Shown piece after piece: positions 46,400 to 55,259 of a stretch of 61,214 bases of DNA. Position 1 is the first letter of the stretch. The number at the start of each line of letters is the position of its first letter. The stretch covers positions 1-61,214 of IMG/VR virus record IMGVR_UViG_3300049733_000144. The stretch is one strand, 5' to 3'. Under the pieces are notes generated by a model, which worked only from the letters and a program-made list of their open reading frames with translations, was not told the origin of the DNA and did no database searches. The DNA is from a virus. Taxonomy: Duplodnaviria > Caudoviricetes. Made by a program: the position numbers and the translations under genes.

Positions 46400-46650
46400 T
46401 TCAGTGTGACCTCGCTCGGGATAATGATCAGGTGCGAGTTGCGGTTCTTGGAGAACTTCAGCAACTCTTTCTCAGTCTCGCGCATCATCTGCAGCGCCTT
46501 CGCGCCTGGGAATAGGCCATAAGCGATCGGCTGATCCTGCGTGTCACACATGATGATGACAAGTTCGCCGTTCGACGTGAACGCGGTCTTAACGGTGTGT
46601 GCACGCTGCGTCCGAGCCAGCGGCAACAAATCCTTGATCAGCACGCCCAT
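46396..46650 (-). CDS. Hypothetical protein
   Basis: Coupled ORF. Confidence 0.5.
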   Translation of the reverse strand: MGVLIKDLLPLARTQRAHTVKTAFTSNGELVIIMCDTQDQPIAYGLFPGAKALQMMRETEKELLKFSKNRNSHLIIIPSEVTLK

Positions 46651-46651
46651 T

Positions 46652-47272
46652 TCATCGCCAGTTCGCTCGCACCCATTGCACGTGGCCAAGATCGTGCATC
46701 TTCGGATTGCCGTGGAAATATACCACGCGGGCCTCGTGGATGTCGCGCTTGGCCAGATCGTGCAGCTTGTACGACCGTATCTGATTTGGCCACATGCTGT
46801 CGGTCTTGATGTGCGGCTGCCACTTCAGCCATTCCATGTCGTTCTCGCCGCGGTGCTCGTCGTAGACTCGCCGGTGACCGCGCGGCACGAACACGATCGG
46901 ATTGATCGTCACACCAGGTCGGCTCGGATGCGCCGGCAGCGCGATCCCATCTCCTTCCAGGCAGTATCTTGCCATATGATCGATGGGCTCCAGGATCAGC
47001 GTGTCGAGGCCAACGATTATCGTTGGCTCATTAAGCCGGAACGGCTCGATCATGCAGCCGTAGTCAGGCGGATCGGCAACGAGGCGCTCTTGTTCGATCG
47101 GTTCGCTGAATTCGTACTCGCGATCCGTGAAGCACACGAAGCGAAATGGAGTCGATCTCAGATTGCGTCTAAAACCGCGGTAAAGTCTCTCTACCCAGGT
47201 GACATCGTAGCACCAGCTGAAGTCAAATGACTTCTCATTCGGCTGCCACAGGCAGCAAGCCACGTGAAGCAT
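46652..47272 (-). CDS. GT-A-fold glycosyltransferase-like protein
   Basis: FVCFTD, GLD (DxD-like), VVYFHGNPK. Confidence 0.7.
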   Translation of the reverse strand: MLHVACCLWQPNEKSFDFSWCYDVTWVERLYRGFRRNLRSTPFRFVCFTDREYEFSEPIEQERLVADPPDYGCMIEPFRLNEPTIIVGLDTLILEPIDHMARYCLEGDGIALPAHPSRPGVTINPIVFVPRGHRRVYDEHRGENDMEWLKWQPHIKTDSMWPNQIRSYKLHDLAKRDIHEARVVYFHGNPKMHDLGHVQWVRANWR

Positions 47273-47792
47273 GACGCATTCGCTGCTTTGTGCATTTGAT
47301 CTTCAGCACCGCGCCATCGCGGTGCAGGATGTGTCGCGCCATCAGATCGCGGGTCACGGTCGCACCGGCTGCCACTACTGCGCCCTGACCGATGCAGACG
47401 CCCGGTAGCACAATTGCGCCCGCCCCAATGCTCACGCCGGGCTCGACCACCGTGACGATGAATTCCCCGTTGATAAGCGGTTGCAAATCGAAGCCGTCTT
47501 TGCCGACCGTTGGCCAGGCATCATTGCAGAAGATGACGGCGGGTCCGATGAACACGTCATGGCCGATCAGCATGCCGGGATGGATTTGCGCGCCGGCCCC
47601 GATACAACAGCGATCGCCGATGCGCGATCCGTCGACGATGGCGTTGGCTCCGACCGAGCAACTGTTGCCGATCTCAGCCTTGCGAATGATGCTGGCGCCC
47701 TGCCAAACCTTGGTGCGCGCTCCGATGGTTGAATCCTCGACGATCGCCTGCGGATGCACGTACGCGTGCGGGTCTATGTTATGAGCCGCCAT
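47235..47792 (-). CDS. Hexapeptide-repeat (LbH) acyltransferase
   Basis: Repeated [IV]Gxxxx hexapeptides; IGPAVIFCND; IGAGAIVLPGV.IG.GAVVAAGATVT. Confidence 0.88.
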   Translation of the reverse strand: MAAHNIDPHAYVHPQAIVEDSTIGARTKVWQGASIIRKAEIGNSCSVGANAIVDGSRIGDRCCIGAGAQIHPGMLIGHDVFIGPAVIFCNDAWPTVGKDGFDLQPLINGEFIVTVVEPGVSIGAGAIVLPGVCIGQGAVVAAGATVTRDLMARHILHRDGAVLKIKCTKQRMRHASRGLLPVAAE

Positions 47793-48583
47793 ACTGTCCC
47801 GTCTATGAGTTCGCGCTCATCGAATTGGGAATAGCTGATAGCATTCAGCCATGGTTGCCGATCCGGATAGATCGGAGTCTCGATCTTCTTCAAGTCGGTC
47901 TGCCCGACCAGCGCCGCCGCACTGTCTGGATGCACGAACACCGGGCAACCGAGGATCACGCTCTCGACCGCCGCGTTACTGGCGTGCGTGACTAGGCAAT
48001 GCGCACCCTTGATGTCCATCTGAATAGGCCGGCGCTTGTATTGTTCCTTGTCTCTGATCACCAATTGCCGATCGGTCACGCGCGCGAGTGCATCAATGGT
48101 GTCGGCGATCCATGTCTGGCAGTTGTGGAAACGCGCGTAGGTCCGCGTCGGCGCCGCGATGACGATGTGCCAGCCGCCTTTCTGCCAAGGCTCGATGGCG
48201 ATCTGCAGTGCGCGCCAGCGATCATCAACCATAGGACGAATGTTGCGGAGCTGATAAGCATTGCGGTGCCAGCGGTAATAACCGCCATTGTTACCAGTAG
48301 GGAGGCAAGTTGCGAAGATGCGTCTGGCATAGCCGCGGTCCCAGTAAATCCACTCCCGCTTGCGCGCGATCCATTCGTCGATGATCGGCCGGCATTCCGG
48401 CATGCAGCCGACAACCGGGATGACATCATTGGGCAGTGTGCGCAGTTCCTCGTGCTTGTAGCGGATGACGCGCCCGACATGCTTACCGATGCGCTCGAAC
48501 AGCGTGTTCTTGAATGGGCTCAGGTTCGGCGGGATGTAGAGTGCGACATTGCGCGGATCGATCATTGCCACGTCAGACAACAA
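47774..48583 (-). CDS. GT-B-like / capsule-modification-like glycosyltransferase
   Basis: DRGY, IRDK, VTHASNAAVESVILGCPVF. Confidence 0.65.
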   Translation of the reverse strand: MLSDVAMIDPRNVALYIPPNLSPFKNTLFERIGKHVGRVIRYKHEELRTLPNDVIPVVGCMPECRPIIDEWIARKREWIYWDRGYARRIFATCLPTGNNGGYYRWHRNAYQLRNIRPMVDDRWRALQIAIEPWQKGGWHIVIAAPTRTYARFHNCQTWIADTIDALARVTDRQLVIRDKEQYKRRPIQMDIKGAHCLVTHASNAAVESVILGCPVFVHPDSAAALVGQTDLKKIETPIYPDRQPWLNAISYSQFDERELIDGTVWRLIT

Positions 48584-49215
48584 TCGCCCTTGATCTCGAA
48601 CTGCTGTCTTGCTCCCCAGGATACCAGCAGGTCGCGCGCATCATATCGCTTACGACCGTACCATTCGACCTTGCCAGGCTTTTGCTCCAAGATGATGATT
48701 GGCTTGTGCGCCTTGATGGTCTGCTCGCCACCCTGCACTACAAAATATTCGTAACCCTCGACGTCGATCTTGATGAAATCGATTGCCTCGAATTTGAAAT
48801 AGTCCAGCGGATACATTGGATATTTCGGACCGTCGTTCTCTGTGACTGCAATATGGGTACTGCCGGTACTTCCGTTTAGAATGCCGAGTCCAGTCCAGTC
48901 GTGGCGGTCGCCGAGCACACAAGCGTGCACCTCGTAGTTCTTGAAATCCTTCATGTTCAGCAGCAGACATTCACGATGCAACGCCACTGGCTCGAAGCCG
49001 CATACCCGTTCGAACATCCTTGCGAGGTGCATTGCCCACAAGCCGACGTGCATGCCGATGTCCAGTGCAAAGCGCCGCCGCTTTACATACTTCATCGCGG
49101 CCGTCAGTTTGTGATATTGATATGTTCCTTTCCCATCGATCTGCGGCGAGCCCTTGAGCATATCAACTAGATGCTTTTCATCATCTGGAAACCAGATGCC
49201 CTCGGCGCATTTCAT
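48562..49215 (-). CDS. FkbM-family methyltransferase
   Basis: ALDIGMHVGLW, GFEP, IKIDVEGYE...KPIIILE. Confidence 0.9.
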   Translation of the reverse strand: MKCAEGIWFPDDEKHLVDMLKGSPQIDGKGTYQYHKLTAAMKYVKRRRFALDIGMHVGLWAMHLARMFERVCGFEPVALHRECLLLNMKDFKNYEVHACVLGDRHDWTGLGILNGSTGSTHIAVTENDGPKYPMYPLDYFKFEAIDFIKIDVEGYEYFVVQGGEQTIKAHKPIIILEQKPGKVEWYGRKRYDARDLLVSWGARQQFEIKGDCCLTWQ

Positions 49216-49745
49216 GGATGCCGCCAGACCGCAGTGACTGCCGTTGGGTGCCGCGTCAGCCGAGACCAGTGAGCGAGCGTCATGCCGGTGAGAATTCCAG
49301 CGATCTCCGCGTGCTCCTCAGCCGCGCCGTTCCACGCGAACAGCGTGCTTTTCACGGCCAGCGCTTCGATCAGCTGCTCAAGCCGATCCGTCGGCATGAC
49401 GCGCTTGAGCTTGTGGTACATGCCGAGCAGCAGCACGATGTCGTAATTGGGCAGGCACCAATCGAGCGCATCCGGGTCGGCCAGGTTTTTTACGTGAAAC
49501 TCGGATTGCGCATCGACATCGTAGAACAGATAACGCGCGCACTTGATCGCTTCCGGATCGAGATCGCAGCCGTGAACCAGCACAGCGCCGAGCTTGACGA
49601 ATTCGTAACCCACGAGGCCGCGATGGCATCCGATGTCGAGCACGCGCGCCATCGGCGCATAGGCCAGCAAATCGGTCAGGCCGTCGAGCCGTTCGCGTCG
49701 TCGAAGCGCCCACTCAGCGACCATAGCGCAAGCTGCCGCCCGCAA
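49212..49745 (-). CDS. Class I SAM methyltransferase
   Basis: VLDIGCHRG, HGCD, YDIVLLL; paralog of 50956-51522. Confidence 0.8.
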   Translation of the reverse strand: MRAAACAMVAEWALRRRERLDGLTDLLAYAPMARVLDIGCHRGLVGYEFVKLGAVLVHGCDLDPEAIKCARYLFYDVDAQSEFHVKNLADPDALDWCLPNYDIVLLLGMYHKLKRVMPTDRLEQLIEALAVKSTLFAWNGAAEEHAEIAGILTGMTLAHWSRLTRHPTAVTAVWRHP

Positions 49746-50275
49746 TCATTCAGGCTATAAATGGGAAGCGGAAAGCCGAACGGCGGCCGGCACAGATTGA
49801 GCGGGCGAAAATCGCCATCCTTGTGGATGTCAGTGTTGTACAGGTTGTCATGCGATGTCGCGATCAGCCAGTCGGCTTTAGTGGCGCGGAAGTTGTCGAG
49901 CAGCTTGATGACGCGCGAATTCGGCAGGTGCTGCATGAAGTCCCGGCACAGGATCGCGTCAACACGCATCGGCAGTACGTGGCGAACCAGATCAATGCAG
50001 ACGACGCTTTTGTATTTGGGCTCGAAACCAGCAACCGAAATCTTTTCCTTGGCCAGCAGGACGTGCTCCTTGTCGTTGTCAGCGCCGAAATAGTGGCTCA
50101 GGCTGCTGAGGTCGGTGTGAGCCATCCAGTTGAAGTCGCCGCACGGCGCATCAAGCAGAACCCTGATACCGAGCTTTCGCAGGATGATGGGCAGCCACGC
50201 GCGAATTACTACTGTCGCCTTGAGCGTCGATCCTGCGCCGCATGGTGTCTCAGGCAATCCCCCGCTGAATTGCAT
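49676..50275 (-). CDS. Class I SAM methyltransferase
   Basis: CGAGS, LLDAPCGDFNWM, CRDFMQHL, RPLNL..PPF. Confidence 0.8.
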   Translation of the reverse strand: MQFSGGLPETPCGAGSTLKATVVIRAWLPIILRKLGIRVLLDAPCGDFNWMAHTDLSSLSHYFGADNDKEHVLLAKEKISVAGFEPKYKSVVCIDLVRHVLPMRVDAILCRDFMQHLPNSRVIKLLDNFRATKADWLIATSHDNLYNTDIHKDGDFRPLNLCRPPFGFPLPIYSLNDCGRQLALWSLSGRFDDANGSTA

Positions 50276-50956
50276 TCAGTGACGCCAGTGCTTCTTGATC
50301 CAGTTGAGATGCTTGAACTGCTTCGGGTCGCGCCAACCTGGAAACACAACCATGCGGGCGTCATCGGGAAGTACATTAGATTGCGGCCATCCAGGTTTCT
50401 GAAACGCGTAAATGCCAGAAGGAGAACCGACTTGCCAACCGATCGCGTTCGGTAATTTGTAAGCCAACCAACCTTGATCGTCGGGAAATTCGAAGTAAGG
50501 TATTTTGCGAGCGGCTTCCAGAGAAAAATCTTTCCACACATCTGGGCGGTAACCGGCGCGAAACATCCACACGCTGCCATTATACGGACATGGATTGACT
50601 GAATTCGCTCCTCTCAAAATCATAAAAGGTTCAGGCCGATAAAACAACGCGTCGAGTGATCCAGTGATCACCACATCAAGATCGATGCATACTATGCGAT
50701 CGCCAGAACAAGCGCCGATGTCAGACTGAATTTCTGGATCGAACAATCTCAGCCTAGCGAAACATCCCTTCACCTTCAATAAATCGAGATTACGAATCGG
50801 ACGATATTCCGTGTCTGACAATCCATGCTTGCTGTCGCTGAACACGGTGAAATAATGCTCGTCCTGAAGATGACGATCAAGGCCCGCGCGCAATTTTCTC
50901 ACGTCATCGAGCGAATACTTATTGCCCCATTTCCAGGTCGTGATCAGCAGCGCCAT
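50276..50956 (-). CDS. GT-A-fold glycosyltransferase
   Basis: WKWGNKY, CIDLDVVI (DxD), NGSV, DQGW, VVFPG..DP. Confidence 0.8.
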   Translation of the reverse strand: MALLITTWKWGNKYSLDDVRKLRAGLDRHLQDEHYFTVFSDSKHGLSDTEYRPIRNLDLLKVKGCFARLRLFDPEIQSDIGACSGDRIVCIDLDVVITGSLDALFYRPEPFMILRGANSVNPCPYNGSVWMFRAGYRPDVWKDFSLEAARKIPYFEFPDDQGWLAYKLPNAIGWQVGSPSGIYAFQKPGWPQSNVLPDDARMVVFPGWRDPKQFKHLNWIKKHWRH

Positions 50957-51522
50957 CAGCGCGCCCAGATCGCAGCAACACCGAGTTGCTGCGATATGTA
51001 ACTGGTATGAATGCGCTTGAGGCCGCATTCCTTCATGTCGGCATCGACGCGCTTCATCTCGTCCTCGTTTTCTTGCAACTTTTCCGAAGTCGCGCGCCAA
51101 GCAAAATAACTGGTAGTGCGCCGGCCGATGTCCTGCATAAGAGCGCTGAGATCACCAGGTGTCATGACGCGTTTCAATTTGTGAAACGTAGCTAGCATGA
51201 CAATTATGTCATATTTGCTGTCGCCGAATTTGCCGAGCGCACCGCGCTTCGTGAGGTCAACGACCTCGAATCGGCTTTCGCAGTTGCGCAAGTCCATGAA
51301 CAGGTGGCGCGCCACCTCAATGCCATTTTCATAGTTATCGCAGCCGTGACAAGCCACCGCACCATTATTCGCGAACTCGAAAGCGACCAGGCCACGATTA
51401 CAGCCGATATCCATGATGCGGGCGCCGCGGGAGCGCAGCAACAAATCGCTAATCCCGTCCATACGAAGGTCATGGTAACCCACGACGCGCCGCATCATTT
51501 TTTCTTCAGGAGTGACGGCCAT
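50956..51522 (-). CDS. Class I SAM methyltransferase
   Basis: IMDIGCNRG, HGCD, YDIIVML. Confidence 0.8.
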   Translation of the reverse strand: MAVTPEEKMMRRVVGYHDLRMDGISDLLLRSRGARIMDIGCNRGLVAFEFANNGAVACHGCDNYENGIEVARHLFMDLRNCESRFEVVDLTKRGALGKFGDSKYDIIVMLATFHKLKRVMTPGDLSALMQDIGRRTTSYFAWRATSEKLQENEDEMKRVDADMKECGLKRIHTSYISQQLGVAAIWAR

Positions 51523-52306
51523 TACGCAAATGTTCGAGTGCGGCTGTCACCACCTCATCGACGCTGATCGCCTTCATGGCTGCTATGCAATGCTCGCAAT
51601 ACCGAAACGAACCACAGGCGAATTCGGCGCCACCAGTGAGATTGGTATGGCTATCATAACCTGTGACGGCGGGCGGAACGAAACCGCCGAACAGCACAAC
51701 GGCAGGAATATTCATGGCGGCGGCGCCGTGATGCATGCCGCCTTCGGCTCCGATATAGAGCAGCGAGTTGCCAAGCGCGCTGATTGCCTGCCGGAACGAT
51801 TTTGTCACCACCTGGCGCGCGCCGGGAATATTGTGCCTCGTTGTCATGTGGCTGAACTGCATGATCGAATAGCCTTCAATCATCAACAGTCTGGCGACGT
51901 CGTCATAGCGTTCGACCGGCCATTGCTTATTTGGCGCACAAGTTTTGAAAGACGGTACCGATGGCTCGATCACCACGTGACCAGCAGCTATCGCGCCGAA
52001 GTGCTGCTCGCTCGGAAGCAGAAACACTTCACCAGGCGTCGCGCGAAAATCATAGTTCCAGTGCCAGTTGGTCGGCCCTTGCCTGTTGTAGAGCCGATGA
52101 CCCTTGTAGTGCGGTATCCATTCCAGGTCGAAGCGCCGCCGCTCCTCCGGACGCGCTACGTTTGGGTTGCCACGGAAAATGACATCGGAATACTGATCCC
52201 AGATGATCTTCCGGCCATCACCGAACGCGATCTTCTTGCCGCGCGCGATTGCGCCGCGCGCCATGCCAGAAGCCATCAAGTTGTCCCCGATACCTATGAC
52301 GCCCAC
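51506..52306 (-). CDS. GT9 (heptosyltransferase-like) glycosyltransferase
   Basis: GIGDNLM, NKQWP, IGAEGGMHHGAAA...VVLFG, C..AM.AISVDEV; start approximate. Confidence 0.8.
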   Translation of the reverse strand: MGVIGIGDNLMASGMARGAIARGKKIAFGDGRKIIWDQYSDVIFRGNPNVARPEERRRFDLEWIPHYKGHRLYNRQGPTNWHWNYDFRATPGEVFLLPSEQHFGAIAAGHVVIEPSVPSFKTCAPNKQWPVERYDDVARLLMIEGYSIMQFSHMTTRHNIPGARQVVTKSFRQAISALGNSLLYIGAEGGMHHGAAAMNIPAVVLFGGFVPPAVTGYDSHTNLTGGAEFACGSFRYCEHCIAAMKAISVDEVVTAALEHLRNGRHS

Positions 52307-53055
52307 TCGCAATGCGCGGCGCGCCACTCGTCGGCGTAAGGCACGTGCTCATAGCCGTGCATCCACGGGCCTCCGTTCGTGAAATGCACGAGCTTCGGAT
52401 CGACGCTGCCGTTGTATTCTCCAACCAAATGATTCCACGCTATGTCCAACTCACCAATCTCATCATCGTCGAGCCAGCAAAAGCGATGCAGGTCGCGGCC
52501 CGGCAACGAGTTGACGAGTTCAGGTATGAGCGCCTTGTTGGCCGGATGATCGCAGTTGAAAAAGCAAACGCTCGACCAGTTCTTGCGGCCATATGAACTT
52601 TGGATTTGGCCATCCATCTTGCGCTCGTGCTTCGGATCGTAATTGTGCTTCACCACCAGTACGGCGTATTGCGATTGCGTGGCGGCGTACTCGAACAAGC
52701 GCGTCAAGTTGGCGCGGATCAACACGTCGCAATCCATGAACAGTGCCCAGCCCTCGCGCGCCAGGTGCGGAACTAAAAATCGACTGATGGCAAACTCGGT
52801 TGCCATGGTAAATTGCGAGATGGTATCCCACAACAGAGGTTCGCTGCTGTACCACGGGGTTCCGTCGGCTCCTTTCCACGTGCCGACTCTGATCTCTGTC
52901 GGACGGGTGTAGAGGCCTTTCTTGCGCAGCTCATCGAGCACCAGGCCGCGAATTGGTATCGGCGCAGTGAGGTGCTTGCGAGCCGAAGCCCGCGCCACCG
53001 CGAAAGCCGCGCTCTCCCGTGGATCGAAACCAATCCAGATCGATGGCTGATGCAT
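52294..53055 (-). CDS. GT8-like glycosyltransferase
   Basis: IGFDPRE, TEFAISRF, FMDCD, RKNWSS, WNHL, HFTNGGPW. Confidence 0.85.
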   Translation of the reverse strand: MHQPSIWIGFDPRESAAFAVARASARKHLTAPIPIRGLVLDELRKKGLYTRPTEIRVGTWKGADGTPWYSSEPLLWDTISQFTMATEFAISRFLVPHLAREGWALFMDCDVLIRANLTRLFEYAATQSQYAVLVVKHNYDPKHERKMDGQIQSSYGRKNWSSVCFFNCDHPANKALIPELVNSLPGRDLHRFCWLDDDEIGELDIAWNHLVGEYNGSVDPKLVHFTNGGPWMHGYEHVPYADEWRAAHCEWAS

Positions 53056-53705
53056 CAAGCCGCTATCCCGATGTCGCACAGTCCGCCGAAGCGAAAGCAC
53101 TTGAGTTCTGAGCCACGCGACGCGTTGATGATGTCGAAACCAAGATCGCGGGCTCTCCCTGAAGCCTCATTCATAGCTTTTTGCCAGTCGCGAAAATTCA
53201 GCAGCATCGGATTGGACATGCCCTTGGCGTTGTTGCGACCGTACCAGTGAACGCCGCCTCGGTCGTGGAAGTCAAACCCGATGAGCAAGATCGGATTGGC
53301 GCCGAACTGCATGGCGAGATTGAGCGCCTGAAAACCTGAATTCTTGCCACTGCCGATGCGAAGCGGCCGATCGAGCAAGAAGCGGTGCTGCTTGGTGTCG
53401 ATGTCGACCTTGTGGATGTCCTTGAATTTACTCGTTGCCTTGTCGCCGTACGCCAACTTGATTCCTTTGAAATCAACGAGGCCGTTGCGCGACAACCACC
53501 ACGCGTCGTCGCAGCCGTAAACCACGTCGGCGAACGGCGCCTTGTCAACGTTCGTCTTGATGGCGAGAACTTTGACAGCGTCCCGCAGGCGTTCGACTGG
53601 AAAATTTCCTGTCGACGGTCCCGACGCGACGATCGCCGCGGGATGGCCGCGCCAATCCGGCCACCACGCAAACGTCTGCGGCCCGATCGAGGCAGCCAGA
53701 TTCAA
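53055..53705 (-). CDS. DUF115/Maf-like protein, putative glycosyltransferase
   Basis: AIVASGPS, YGCD..WW, NSGFQALNLA, LIGFD..HW, INAS; TTG start coupled to the connector stop. Confidence 0.7.
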   Translation of the reverse strand: MNLAASIGPQTFAWWPDWRGHPAAIVASGPSTGNFPVERLRDAVKVLAIKTNVDKAPFADVVYGCDDAWWLSRNGLVDFKGIKLAYGDKATSKFKDIHKVDIDTKQHRFLLDRPLRIGSGKNSGFQALNLAMQFGANPILLIGFDFHDRGGVHWYGRNNAKGMSNPMLLNFRDWQKAMNEASGRARDLGFDIINASRGSELKCFRFGGLCDIGIAA

Positions 53706-54313
53706 GCCATGCCTCTCAGGACGCGATACTTGCGCAGCAGCGGCTCGACGCCTGTCGGCAAGCCCTGCATTTTGTCCAAATCCATCTCGCCGTCGTACCA
53801 GTACTTCACGCACAGCACGATTGCCTGCTTGATGCTCTCCGGAATCAGGCGCGTGAGATTTTCTGGCGATTCGGCCGCTGGCGCATAGCCGGCAACAAAC
53901 CGGATGCGCACCGCGTTGATGGCTTCCAGCGGCGTTGGCCATTCCGAGTCGATGTTCGGCACGACCCAGCCGGGTCCCTCCGCGCCGGCTGTGCCGGTCG
54001 ATGCGTCGACCGTGTAATCAGCTGAATCGATCGTGATCTCGTCGCCGATGCTGTCGATGTACTTGATGCTCTCGACCGACTGCAGCGGCGGCATCGGGAT
54101 CGCGATCTCGTGCTCCGGAAACTCGTCGAGCAGGAGCTCCCAGGTCTGCGTGACGATGGCGCGGCCCATGAATTCCTGCGCCAGATCGGTCGCCGCGTTG
54201 ATGTACGCTTCGAGGTCGTCGTCGCTGTCGCTGTGATCGATCCGCAATTTGGTCTTGACGTAATCGATGCTGACCGGCGGCACTGCGGGCGGGGTGATCA
54301 GAATTCTCGACAT
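53702..54313 (-). CDS. Head-tail connector protein
   Basis: ITPPA..PVS...K..LRID...DD....I.AA; TQTW; IPESIKQAI. Confidence 0.88.
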   Translation of the reverse strand: MSRILITPPAVPPVSIDYVKTKLRIDHSDSDDDLEAYINAATDLAQEFMGRAIVTQTWELLLDEFPEHEIAIPMPPLQSVESIKYIDSIGDEITIDSADYTVDASTGTAGAEGPGWVVPNIDSEWPTPLEAINAVRIRFVAGYAPAAESPENLTRLIPESIKQAIVLCVKYWYDGEMDLDKMQGLPTGVEPLLRKYRVLRGMA

Positions 54314-54316
54314 GGC

Positions 54317-55240
54317 TCACCACTTGCCGTCTCGGCCGGGCGGGCCGGCCGGACCCTGGGCGCCGTCCTTGCCGTCCTTGCCGTCCTTGCCGTTCCTTCC
54401 CCGCTTGACCATCAGAACCCAGTCCTTCGTCTCTGGCTTGGCCCGCGTGTCAGCCACGCACAAGAACGTTCCGCCGTCCCAGGTCGCCGTGTCGCCTCGC
54501 TTGTACTCTTCGCCGAACTTCCAGACGCCCCTGAAGCAGTCGGCGAAAGTCAATGGCTTTTCTTTCGGCCAGCGCCACTCGCCGACCAGCTTGCCGTCGC
54601 GCGTCATCCGAAGGCCGAAGTGCTCTGGCTCGCTGAACTGCTCCACGTCGCTGAATCCCAGGCCGTCCTTGCCCGGAGAACCCTGTTCTCCCGGCCGCCC
54701 GTCGGTTCCATCGCGGCCAGGTGTGCCATCGCGACCATCGCGTCCCGTCGCACCAGCGGAGCCTTGTGGGCCGTCTTGGCCGTCTTTACCGTCGAGCCCA
54801 TCCAAGCCGCGCTCTCCTTGGGGACCAGGAGCGCCGTCGCGACCGTCTTGACCAGGAGGGCCCTGCTGGCCGGTCGGTCCTGGCTGGCCGTCTTGACCGC
54901 TCAATCCCCGTTCGCCTTGCTGACCCATCAGACCTTGCGATCCGCGTTCGCCTGGCAAGCCGTCGGTCCCGTCCTGGCCATCTTCGCCCCGCTCGCCCTT
55001 TTCTCCCTGCTCGCCCTTTTCTCCGCGTTCGCCCTTTTCTCCGCGCTCTCCGGGTTCTCCCTGAGATCCATCCAGGCCGCGCTCTCCTGGATCGCCTTTG
55101 TCGCCCTTTTCGCCTTTCACCGGCGGCGCCCGTTCAAGTTCTTCGATCCTGGCGAGCAAAGGCCGCTGGGCAGAGTCGATGGCCTCGCGCAGGACGGGCA
55201 ATATCGCGTCCGCGAACGCCACGATCATTCGAGGATTCAT
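54317..55240 (-). CDS. Collagen-like (Gly-X-Y) virion protein
   Basis: Long uninterrupted G-X-Y run; FRGVW..G..Y..GD.ATW.G domain. Confidence 0.88.
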   Translation of the reverse strand: MNPRMIVAFADAILPVLREAIDSAQRPLLARIEELERAPPVKGEKGDKGDPGERGLDGSQGEPGERGEKGERGEKGEQGEKGERGEDGQDGTDGLPGERGSQGLMGQQGERGLSGQDGQPGPTGQQGPPGQDGRDGAPGPQGERGLDGLDGKDGQDGPQGSAGATGRDGRDGTPGRDGTDGRPGEQGSPGKDGLGFSDVEQFSEPEHFGLRMTRDGKLVGEWRWPKEKPLTFADCFRGVWKFGEEYKRGDTATWDGGTFLCVADTRAKPETKDWVLMVKRGRNGKDGKDGKDGAQGPAGPPGRDGKW

Positions 55241-55259
55241 CGGATGCGTCCTTGCCGGC

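Noticed and set aside
54340-55120. 9-nt periodic repeats as a non-coding array
   Set aside because: They are fully explained by collagen Gly-X-Y coding.
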